Assembly: GCA_965219535.1 (NCBI GenBank)
Contig: CBDCNV010000001.1
Location: 1,470,001-1,502,000, forward strand
DNA: 32,000 bases
Direction: 5' to 3'
Origin: Opitutales bacterium
Lineage (GTDB): Bacteria; Verrucomicrobiota; Verrucomicrobiia; Opitutales; PNEW01
Part shown: positions 18,260 through 26,477 of the stretch, in pieces
Layout: every line of letters starts with the position of its first letter
Numbering within the stretch: position 1 is the first letter of the stretch
Notes under the pieces: generated by a model
Seen by the model: only the letters and a program-made list of their open reading frames with translations
The model's database searches: none
What the model was told of the DNA's origin: nothing
Translations under genes and position numbers: made by a program

Positions 18260-19456
18260 ATGCTCGAACTTATTGAAAAAGCCCCGCCCGATCCAATTTT
18301 TGGACTTACAGATAATTTTAAAAAAGATTCCAATCCCGAAAAGGTTAATTTGGGAGTGGGGACATTCCAGGATGCCCAAGGGAAGGTTCCTATTCTCGAA
18401 TGTGTGAATCGAGCTGAAACTTTACTGCTGAAAGAGCAGGAAAGTAAGAATTACCTTGGAATTGAGGGTTCTCCGGATTTTGCGCGCTGTGTGCAGCGGC
18501 TCCTCTACGGAGAGCAACATGAATTTATTCAGTCGCAGCGAATCGTCACGGCGCAAACCCCGGGTGGAACGGGTTCGCTACGCGTTGCGGGTGAGTTTAT
18601 TAAAAAGTTTTGTCCCGATGCGAAAATTTGGTTGAGCGATCCAACGTGGTCCAATCATCAAAGTGTTTTTCAAGCTGCCGGCTTTGAAATCGCTACTTAT
18701 CCTTATTATGATTACGATAATAAATGCCTCCTCTTTGATCAATTGATTGAAGCTTTAAGTAGCGTACCCAAGGGAGATGTAGTCCTCTTTCACGCTTGCT
18801 GTCAAAATCCTACCGGGATGGATCCTACACCTGAGCAGTGGCAGACCATAGCGAAGCTGACAAAAGAGAAAGGGTTTCTCCCGATCCTCGATTTTGCCTA
18901 TCAGGGTTTTGCGCGTGGACTTGATGAAGATGCTGCCGGTGTTCGCGCTTTTGCCTGGGAAGGCTGCGAAATTTTTGTTTCCAGCTCTTATTCTAAGAAT
19001 TTCGGTTTATATAATGAGCGTATCGGTGCGCTTAGTATGGTCTGTGCGGACCCTGTGGCCGCAGAAAATGCCTTAAGTCATATAAAGGCGACCATCCGTG
19101 CTAATTTCTCAAACCCCCCTGCGCACGGATCTTTAATCGTGACTACGATACTTGGTGATCCTCAACTTACTGAGCTATGGTTACAAGAATTAGCCTCGAT
19201 GCGCGATCGCATCAATGACATGCGAGAGCTATTTGCGAAAACACTAAAAAAATTAAATGTTAAAGAAGACTTTAGTTTTATCACTCAACAACATGGGCTG
19301 TTCTCTTTTACCGGTCTGAGTAAAGAGCAAGTTGAAATATTGAAAGATAAACATTCCATCTATATTGTCGGATCAGGCAGAATAAATATATCGGGTTTGA
19401 CGACTGATAATATGGGCAGGATTTGCGAGGCTATTGCAGAAGTATTAAGCGATTGA
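18260..19456 (+). CDS. aspC: Aspartate/aromatic amino acid aminotransferase (class I, AspC/TyrB)
   Basis: Collinear with E. coli AspC as I recall it: PPDPIFGL, VNLGVGTFQD, QTPGGTG, CCQNPTG, SSSYSKNFGLYNERIG (PLP Lys), RANFSNPP. Confidence 0.9.
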   Translation: MLELIEKAPPDPIFGLTDNFKKDSNPEKVNLGVGTFQDAQGKVPILECVNRAETLLLKEQESKNYLGIEGSPDFARCVQRLLYGEQHEFIQSQRIVTAQTPGGTGSLRVAGEFIKKFCPDAKIWLSDPTWSNHQSVFQAAGFEIATYPYYDYDNKCLLFDQLIEALSSVPKGDVVLFHACCQNPTGMDPTPEQWQTIAKLTKEKGFLPILDFAYQGFARGLDEDAAGVRAFAWEGCEIFVSSSYSKNFGLYNERIGALSMVCADPVAAENALSHIKATIRANFSNPPAHGSLIVTTILGDPQLTELWLQELASMRDRINDMRELFAKTLKKLNVKEDFSFITQQHGLFSFTGLSKEQVEILKDKHSIYIVGSGRINISGLTTDNMGRICEAIAEVLSD

Positions 19457-19504
19457 TTCAGGATAGGGTTAATCTGCCGAATTGAAAATCCGGGAGATTA
19501 TATG

Positions 19505-19522
19505 TCCCTTTAATTAAAGGGA
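19505..19522. promoter_or_regulatory. Perfect 18-nt palindrome TCCCTTTAATTAAAGGGA (hairpin or binding site) downstream of aspC
   Basis: Read directly. It lies 49 nt after the aspC stop and about 84 nt before the IS end. No U-tract follows. Confidence 0.35.
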
Positions 19523-19632
19523 GAAGGTGTATTAATCGTAAATTGATCGCCCATTGAGACGGTGAAAGTAGATTAGGTTGAAAGTCCCCCTCGATAAGGT
19601 TCTGGTGATCGGACCCCGTTTTTCGTACCAAT

Positions 19633-20885
19633 TTAAGTGAGAGAGTTACCGGGTGTTAATGGTTTTAGGATTGATGTATATGAGAGATCTTGGCGAAGTG
19701 AGGGCGTAGCCCGAACGCGGCCAAGATCGGAAAGGAATCTGACAAACTCTTGTGGGCTTTTGAAGCCTAAACGACTGTGGGGATGTTCATGGTTATAGGT
19801 CTGACGCCATTGTTCGATTACCACTTGCGCTTCAGCCACGCTGAGCAACACTTCACGGTTCAAACACTCATCGCGTAAGCGGTTGTGAAACGACTCGATG
19901 AAACCGTTTTGCCAGGGACTGCCCGGATCGATATAGATCGCCTTTATGTTATTACCGGACAACCACTGCTGCACTTGATGAGCAATGAACTCACTGCCGT
20001 TGTCACTACGGATATAGCTGGGAGGTCCCTCCTCTTCAATGGCCTCGCTAAGCACAGAGAGGACATCGGTTGAGGTGAGTTGACGAGCGACCCGGATATC
20101 CAGGCATTTACGCGTATATGTCTTCGCTTCGCTTGAGTGTCGTCGCTTTCAGCTCCTCGGTACATCGATCAGAGTCATCATCTTTAATGGACCGCCGTTG
20201 TCTGTACGATCATGGACAAAGTCCCAGGACCAAACGTGATTGCGACCCTTTGCTTTAGTAGGTGACCCCGTAGAGACTCCTTGACGGTGTCTGCCCTTTT
20301 TCGGGGGCTTTACCTGCAGCCCTTCTGAACGTCGTACCGCCTGGACAAACTTCCTGCTTGTTGTCCAGCCTTCCTTTACCAGCAAGGCACGGATGCGCCG
20401 GTAACCGTAGCGGGGATGTTTCCAGGACAAGCTCACAATCCGCTCGACCAACCGCTGAGCTTTCTCACTGGCCTGTTTGGGCCGGTAACTGAACGTTGAC
20501 CAACTCAGGCTGAGATAAGCACAAGCCCTCCGCAACGAGCACAACCCTTTCTCAGCCGCAGCTTTTACTACTCGTTTCTTCTGCTTTGGGCTCACCATTT
20601 TTTTGACAGCGTTTCCTCCATTACCTGATTCTTGAGCATTTGATCTGCGAGCAGCTTCTTCAGCTCGGTATGTCAGGCCTTCTCGCTTGCGCTCGTGAAT
20701 TCTTTTTCCAGCTCTTTAAATCGCTTCGCATCGGCAAGTTCTAAATTGCCATATTTTTTACGCCAGCGATAGAAAGTCTGTTCGCTCAGGTTGTTTCCAC
20801 GGCAGATTTCCTGTACCGTTTTACCGGTATCGGCTTGCCGCAATATTGTTATAATCTGTTCTGTTGTGTATCTTTTTCTTTTCAT
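19633..20885 (-). pseudogene. IS3-family transposase OrfA/OrfAB with a -1 frameshift site and two in-frame TGA codons (orfA at 20673-20675, orfB at 20149-20151)
   Basis: OrfA is MKRKRYTTEQIITILRQADTGKTVQEICRGNNLSEQTFYRWRKKYG (HTH). After its TGA the same frame continues HTELKKLLADQMLKNQVMEETLSKKW* (leucine-zipper part) to 20592. OrfB has HPRYGYRRI, WSWDFVHD (D), then TGA, then in the same frame KRRHSSEAKTYTRKCLDIRVARQL..., IRSDNGSEF (D), FIESFHNRLRDE (E). Confidence 0.85.
20598..20604 (-). other. A AAA AAA slippery heptamer: the -1 programmed frameshift site joining orfA and orfB
   Basis: The minus strand reads ctg tca aaa aaa tgg tga. A -1 shift reads aaa aaa atg gtg agc (KKMVSPKQKK), the canonical IS3 arrangement. 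Confidence 0.75.
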
Positions 20886-20950
20886 TGAGGTTATCTGTTT
20901 ATCCCGATAACCTCTCTCTGTAAATGATACGATTTTTGGGGGTCACTCCA

Positions 20951-21393
20951 CCGGATTACTTGTCAATCCAGCGAAATCTAAAAAGGAAGTTGTTCAATGG
21001 ATTAAAAATGATCTCGCGGCTTGGGCTAAATCTGAAAAGTTTTCTTTTTCTGTTCTAAGCAAAAGTAAAGAGTTCTTAGGTAGAATCAATATAAGGTCAG
21101 TGCATAGCCAAGGCATTTGGAATATGGGATTTTGGATATTACCTGCTCATTGGGGAAAAGGTTATGCTGCTGAGGCAGCAATAACAGTTATTGAATTCGC
21201 ATTTGAGCAGCTGCAAGTTAAGAAAATGTGTGCTGCTCATGCACAGGCAAACATCCAAAGTAAAAGAGTACTTGAGAAAATAGGCATGCGCTTAGTGGAA
21301 AACAAAGAAAAGGGCTTTTTAAAAAATTCTAACTGGGTAGCCAATGCGCGTTACGAATTTACGCGAGACGATTGGTGTTCGCGAATGCGCTAA
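20951..21393 (+). pseudogene. GNAT-family (RimJ/RimL-like) N-acetyltransferase, 5'-truncated at the IS junction
   Basis: The frame is open from the IS boundary: GLLVNPAKSKKEVVQWIKNDLAAWAKSEKFSFSVLSKSKEFLGRINI...WILPAHWGKGYAAEAAITVIEFAFEQL...RVLEKIGMR. The usual ~35 N-terminal residues are missing and no ATG occurs before the GTG at 21100. Confidence 0.75.
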
Positions 21394-21589
21394 AAATTCG
21401 CGCTAATGGCGGGGTATGAAAACAGCTGTTGGATTGTAAATCCACGAGATAGAAGCATTTCCCCCCTCGTTTCTACGGATAGCGATTATTTGGTTGAAAC
21501 GGGTAAAGGGTGCGCTGTTATCCACGACCCTGACTCCACTGGGTAATATATATAGCCGATCTATTGAATATCAGCTGATTTATCCAGCA

Positions 21590-21958
21590 TTATTGACCGT
21601 ACTTCTGTTTAAATCGTATCGTCAAGTAGTACTTCAGCGCGTTCAATTGTTCATCATCCAGACGTCCGGCAAATTTAGCTTTGTCGATACGTTTTTTCAC
21701 CGACTCGGGGATACCTTTGCACATGGCTCGTAAATAAATACTTTGCACTTTAGTTTTATCTTCCGAAATCGGTTCGGCAGGTAACTTCACTTTATTATAA
21801 TAAAGCTTCTCTCCGAGTTTATAAATGTCCATGTCGGTATCGGCAAAACGATACTTACGCAGATGATCCGAATGTTGAGAATTTTGTTGTGCAAGACCGT
21901 TAATTATGGGGAAGAAAATTCCCATACTAACTAATAGAATAATAAATTTATTTTTCAT
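21590..21958 (-). CDS. Hypothetical secreted protein with a signal peptide
   Basis: The N-terminus MKNKFIILLVSMGIFFPIINGLAQQ looks like a Sec signal. I do not recognise the family. Confidence 0.5.
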   Translation of the reverse strand: MKNKFIILLVSMGIFFPIINGLAQQNSQHSDHLRKYRFADTDMDIYKLGEKLYYNKVKLPAEPISEDKTKVQSIYLRAMCKGIPESVKKRIDKAKFAGRLDDEQLNALKYYLTIRFKQKYGQ

Positions 21959-22341
21959 GCGTATATTTTTATTTAAGTAATATTATAATGAGAATGGAAT
22001 TCTATTAATCGAGATATTGATTTATTTAAATAGTTCTCAATTAATTGCTGATAATGACATGTAGGCTGGTAATGATATATAGCTCCTGCACCCCTTATTA
22101 CTATTCCCGCTATCTTATGAAGAAGACTGCCCCTGAGGGAGCTGCATTATTTTACAATATCCCTTAAATAGTACCAGGGGTCAAACACGAAAACTAATTA
22201 TCCTGAAAAGATATTTTAATGGGATGTAATTTTTTACTCACGAACCACGCGTATTTGTTAATAACCTATCCGTTTCGCACTTGACTTACTCAATCTGGAT
22301 GGATGAATTTCCAAGGGTTTAACCCCTCTTGTTAGCATCAC

Positions 22342-23451
22342 TTGAAAACATACCTCAAACTTTCGTTCATCTTAATATTGCTCTACCTTTTTTTGCTCAG
22401 TATCGGGATGATGGGAACATCCTTTAAAATGCTGGGTGCAAATTCGTCTGAAGGTTTATTACAAACAGCGACAGCTAATCCATTTCTCGGACTCCTGATC
22501 GGTATATTTGCAACGAGTTTGGTTCAATCTTCATCTACAGTTACGGCGATGATCGTAGCTATTGTTGCGAGTGGTACTCTGAGTGTGGGTGCGGCGGTGC
22601 CAATGATTATGGGCGCTAACATAGGAACTACGGTCACGAATACCTTAGTATCTTTAAGCCATGTTACACAAAATCATGAATTTCGACGCGCTTTTGCAGC
22701 TGCTACAGTCCACGATTTGTTCAATCTTTTTTCGGTTGCCATCTTGTTTCCCCTGGAAATAACAACGCACTTTATAGAAAAGTCTGCCACTTACGTAGCC
22801 TCTTTGATCTACGGTGCTGAGGGTGTAAAATTCAGTAGTCCGGTCAAAGTTATCACGAAACCGGTTATTAATGGGTTCAAAGAGGGTTTAAATCATTTAA
22901 CCTCCAGTGACACGACTATCGCATGGATACTTCTGGGGATTTCAGTGGTCCTATTATTTGGGTGCCTGGTCTTTTTAACTAAAACCTTAAAATCATTAAT
23001 GCTGGATAAACTTGAACTGCTCTTTGACCGTTTAATTGGCAAAAGTGCGTTGATAGGTATGGGCTTAGGGGTTGTCATGACGGTTCTTGTTCAATCCTCG
23101 TCCATTACCACTTCGATATTGGTACCTATGGCGGGTGCGGGGATCATAAACCTACGCCAAATCTTTTCTGTAACCCTGGGCGCGAATGTGGGAACTACAA
23201 TAACCGCGCTATTAGCAACTCTAGGGACAACGCAGCTGGCGGACGCGGCGCTTACGATTGCTCTCTGTCACTTATTTTTCAATATTACCGGAATCGTATT
23301 AATTTATCCTATAAAAAAAATCAGGCAAATACCCATAAATACAGCAGAACGTTTAGCTGAACTAGCGGTAAAAACTAAAAAACTCGTAGTTTTATATATA
23401 ATAGGTGTATTTTTTGTGATTCCCGGCGTAATTGTGTATATCACCATGTAA
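22342..23451 (+). CDS. Na+/phosphate cotransporter family protein (NptA-like, two Na_Pi_cotrans repeats). TTG start.
   Basis: A polytopic membrane protein with the duplicated motifs QSSS.VTAM...GANIGTT.T and QSSSITTS...GANVGTTITA. An upstream in-frame TAG at 22333 limits the ORF. Confidence 0.8.
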   Translation: MKTYLKLSFILILLYLFLLSIGMMGTSFKMLGANSSEGLLQTATANPFLGLLIGIFATSLVQSSSTVTAMIVAIVASGTLSVGAAVPMIMGANIGTTVTNTLVSLSHVTQNHEFRRAFAAATVHDLFNLFSVAILFPLEITTHFIEKSATYVASLIYGAEGVKFSSPVKVITKPVINGFKEGLNHLTSSDTTIAWILLGISVVLLFGCLVFLTKTLKSLMLDKLELLFDRLIGKSALIGMGLGVVMTVLVQSSSITTSILVPMAGAGIINLRQIFSVTLGANVGTTITALLATLGTTQLADAALTIALCHLFFNITGIVLIYPIKKIRQIPINTAERLAELAVKTKKLVVLYIIGVFFVIPGVIVYITM

Positions 23452-23473
23452 TATAAGCGGAAAGGAAAAACCG

Positions 23474-24142
23474 ATGCTCAAACAGCTCCTCTCAATCTGG
23501 CAAGAAGACAGTCTACTCTCGAAATCCGATGAACAATTCAACGAGATGTTAAATTCGCTGAGGACGATGTTTGGGTGGTCGATGGATTATATTTGGAATT
23601 ACGAAAAAGGTAAATCGGCAAAAGAAATTTATGACAAAGACATTAAGATAAATAAAGCTGAACGAAAGATTCGCAAACGGATTGTTGAGCATCTCAGCAT
23701 TCAACCAGGAATAGGAGTAAGCCAATGTCTGGTCTTAATGAGTATCGGTAAAGACGCTGAACGGATAGGGGATTATTGTAAGAATTTGCTGGAAGTTGCA
23801 ATGAAGCATGGAGTAGCTTTTAAAGCGGATAGCTATGTAGATGAATTGAAAATGATGCAGCGAAACATCGATGAGATGTTTGAAAAGACGATCAAGTGCT
23901 TGCGCGAGGATAGTATGGAAATTGCAAATACGGTTCACGAAATGGCGACAAGCCTCAGTAAAGATTGTGAGCAGATTATTTTAAAAGTTTACGAAAGTAA
24001 TGAATTGGAAGTGCGTTCGGCAATTTCCTATGTGCTGCTATCACGTTTCCTGAAGCGCATAATCAGCCACCTTGGAAATATCTCCACTTCCGTATCGATG
24101 CCCGTTCATAAGCTCGATTACTTTGATGAAAAAATACTGTGA
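23474..24142 (+). CDS. PhoU-domain protein (phosphate transport regulator-like). The track ORF starts at 23432; ATG 23474 is preferred.
   Basis: GGAAAGGAAAAA RBS-like sequence before ATG 23474. KDAERIGDYCKNL matches the PhoU ERIGDhA motif. The gene follows the Na/Pi transporter. Confidence 0.68.
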   Translation: MLKQLLSIWQEDSLLSKSDEQFNEMLNSLRTMFGWSMDYIWNYEKGKSAKEIYDKDIKINKAERKIRKRIVEHLSIQPGIGVSQCLVLMSIGKDAERIGDYCKNLLEVAMKHGVAFKADSYVDELKMMQRNIDEMFEKTIKCLREDSMEIANTVHEMATSLSKDCEQIILKVYESNELEVRSAISYVLLSRFLKRIISHLGNISTSVSMPVHKLDYFDEKIL

Positions 24143-24200
24143 TGTTTCGCCAGTTTTAATATTCTGGTTAACATTATAATAATTTATAAAGAATATATCG

Positions 24201-24956
24201 ATGATAGTATTTGTCGCAGGCATGCCGCGTTCAGGTTCCATGTGGGTCTATAATATTTCCCGAGCATTAATTAGAGCTCAGGGAAGAATTCCGGTGCCTG
24301 AAAATATGCCACTCGATGATCTACTGCGAATCAATCAAGCATTTCAAACACAACTTGGAGATAATGAAGATTATATAATAAAAACACATAAAGTATTAAA
24401 ACCTGACTTACCCGGGGTAAAAATAATATATTCCTATCGCGATGTCCGTGATTCCATGTTGTCTTTTATGAGATTTATGCACTGTGGATTTAATAAGGGA
24501 ATTAAAAGTGTGAAATCTAACATGCAGCTAACGGATTATTATTTTGAAAAGCATCATAATATAGTTCGAATTCGCTATGACGACATCATTACCAAACCGG
24601 ATGGTGTGATAATTGAAATTGGGGACTTTATAAATTGCTCGGTTTCTAAAGATTCAGCTGAGGCTATCGCAGATCAGTATTCGAGGGAAAACGTAAAGAA
24701 GATTATAAATACTTTAGAGAATGTAACGATTAACGAAACGGGGAAGATTCAGGGGTCAGAGGAACTTGAAGATTTCGAGACAGTTAATAACATCGACGGT
24801 AGTTATCGAGTAATAGACAAGAAAACAAGATTTCAAACTAACCATATCACATCGAAAAAAGAAGGTGAATGGCGCGATGTGCTGTCTGAAGAACAAAAAG
24901 AAGTATTAATGAAAGTAGCTAGTGACTGGCTAAATAAATATAATTTTCCTTTATAG
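24201..24956 (+). CDS. Sulfotransferase-family protein
   Basis: The N-terminal VAGMPRSGSMW is a PAPS 5'-phosphosulfate-binding-loop-like motif (PRSGS/T). An RD..D...S region follows. 251 aa, very AT-rich. Confidence 0.62.
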   Translation: MIVFVAGMPRSGSMWVYNISRALIRAQGRIPVPENMPLDDLLRINQAFQTQLGDNEDYIIKTHKVLKPDLPGVKIIYSYRDVRDSMLSFMRFMHCGFNKGIKSVKSNMQLTDYYFEKHHNIVRIRYDDIITKPDGVIIEIGDFINCSVSKDSAEAIADQYSRENVKKIINTLENVTINETGKIQGSEELEDFETVNNIDGSYRVIDKKTRFQTNHITSKKEGEWRDVLSEEQKEVLMKVASDWLNKYNFPL

Positions 24957-24962
24957 AGGTGC

Positions 24963-24989
24963 GTAGTAAATGACTAACAGTTTTGGGGT
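24963..24989 (+). terminator. Hairpin ACTAACAG-(11 nt)-CTGTTAGT followed by TATTA; a candidate terminator of the sulfotransferase gene
   Basis: Perfect 8-bp stem 7 nt after the stop codon. The weak U-tract keeps confidence modest. Confidence 0.4.
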
Positions 24990-25132
24990 ATCTGTTAGTT
25001 ATTACAGTGAACATGTCATTATCCGATCAGAAGATAATTAAACATTCTCATTTTTTATTTACCTACTACCAGTTGACCTTTACCAACCCGTGGTCTACCA
25101 TCGTCACGCAGTTGTATTTAGTGATTAGACTG

Positions 25133-26477
25133 TGATCGGACCTCGTTTTTCGTACCAATTTAAGTGAGAGAGTTACCGGGTGTTAATGGTTTTAGGATTG
25201 ATGTATATGAGAGATCTTGGCGAAGTGAGGGCGTAGCCCGAACGCGGCCAAGATCGGAAAGGAATCTGACAAACTCTTGTGGGCTTTTGAAGCCTAAACG
25301 ACTGTGGGGATGTTCATGGTTATAGGTCTGACGCCATTGTTCGATTACCACTTGCGCTTCAGCCACGCTGAGCAACACTTCACGGTTCAAACACTCATCG
25401 CGTAAGCGGTTGTGAAACGACTCGATGAAACCGTTTTGCCAGGGACTGCCCGGATCGATATAGATCGCCTTTATGTTATTACCGGACAACCACTGCTGCA
25501 CTTGATGAGCAATGAACTCACTGCCGTTGTCACTACGGATATAGCTGGGAGGTCCCTCCTCTTCAATGGCCTCGCTAAGCACAGAGAGGACATCGGTTGA
25601 GGTGAGTTGACGAGCGACCCGGATATCCAGGCATTTACGCGTATATGTCTTCGCTTCGCTTGAGTGTCGTCGCTTTCAGCTCCTCGGTACATCGATTAGA
25701 GTCATCATCTTTAATGGACCGCCGTTGTCTGTACGATCATGGACAAAGTCCCAGGACCAAACGTGATTGCGACCCTTTGCTTTAGTAGGTGACCCCGTAG
25801 AGACTCCTTGACGGTGTCTGCCCTTTTTCGGGGGCTTTACCTGCAGCCCTTCTGAACGTCGTACCGCCTGGACAAACTTCCTGCTTGTTGTCCAGCCTTC
25901 CTTTACCAGCAAGGCACGGATGCGCCGGTAACCGTAGCGGGGATGTTTCCAGGACAAGCTCACAATCCGCTCGACCAACCGCTGAGCTTTCTCACTGGCC
26001 TGTTTGGGCCGGTAACTGAACGTTGACCAACTCAGGCTGAGATAAGCACAAGCCCTCCGCAACGAGCACAACCCTTTCTCAGCCGCAGCTTTTACTACTC
26101 GTTTCTTCTGCTTTGGGCTCACCATTTTTTTGACAGCGTTTCCTCCATTACCTGATTCTTGAGCATTTGATCTGCGAGCAGCTTCTTCAGCTCGGTATGT
26201 CAGGCCTTCTCGCTTGCGCTCGTGAATTCTTTTTCCAGCTCTTTAAATCGCTTCGCATCGGCAAGTTCTAAATTGCCATATTTTTTACGCCAGCGATAGA
26301 AAGTCTGTTCGCTCAGGTTGTTTCCACGGCAGATTTCCTGTACCGTTTTACCGGTATCGGCTTGCCGCAATATTGTTATAATCTGTTCTGTTGTGTATCT
26401 TTTTCTTTTCATTGAGGTTATCTGTTTATCCCGATAACCTCTCTCTGTAAATGATACGATTTTTGGGGGTCACTCCA
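25133..26477 (-). mobile_element. IS3-family insertion sequence (IS407-group-like), copy 2, 1345 bp
   Basis: Same ends and the same three ORF translations as copy 1, at a constant offset of 5527 bp. I noticed two differences by eye: 25143 T vs 19616 C, and 25697 T vs 20170 C (synonymous Leu). Flanked by CTG on both sides. Confidence 0.92.
25160..26412 (-). pseudogene. IS3-family transposase OrfA/OrfAB, copy 2, with the same in-frame TGAs (26200-26202 and 25676-25678) and A7 slippery site (26125-26131)
   Basis: ORF-track translations are identical to copy 1. Confidence 0.85.

Larger units (their letters stand above)
19606..20950 (-). mobile_element. IS3-family insertion sequence (IS407-group-like), copy 1, 1345 bp
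   Basis: Identity with copy 2 starts at TGATCGGACC and ends at GGGGTCACTCCA (TG...CA termini). The imperfect terminal IRs are TGATCGGACCCCGTTTTTCGTA and TGGAGTGACCCCCAAAAATCGTA. The orfA HTH, an A7 slippery site and an orfB rve domain are all present. Confidence 0.92.

Noticed and set aside
19457-19605. Left flank of IS copy 1 (and 24957-25132 for copy 2) searched for the missing 5' parts of sthA or the GNAT gene
   Set aside because: Translating the frames that would join across the IS gives stops within about 11 codons and no SthA- or GNAT-like sequence. These are not simple gene-interrupting insertions.
20149-20151. Selenocysteine, or T4 gene-60-style translational bypass, at the IS stop codons
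   Set aside because: I saw no SECIS-like hairpin right after either TGA. A matching take-off/landing pair (AGC ... AGC) exists only in orfB; orfA has none (GCC has no downstream match). The idea is unsupported from sequence alone and is kept only as a remote possibility in the finding.
19633-20885. In-frame TGAs (and the TAA in the REC gene) as evidence for an alternative genetic code with TGA as a sense codon
   Set aside because: Many full-length, well-conserved genes in the window end at TGA with normal lengths (3303-3305, 3933-3935, 6015-6017, 6949-6951, 8087-8089, 13005-13007). Standard code 11 applies.
21494-21733. 79-aa plus-strand ORF
   Set aside because: It overlaps the opposite-strand ORF that has a clear signal peptide, and its own translation has no features.
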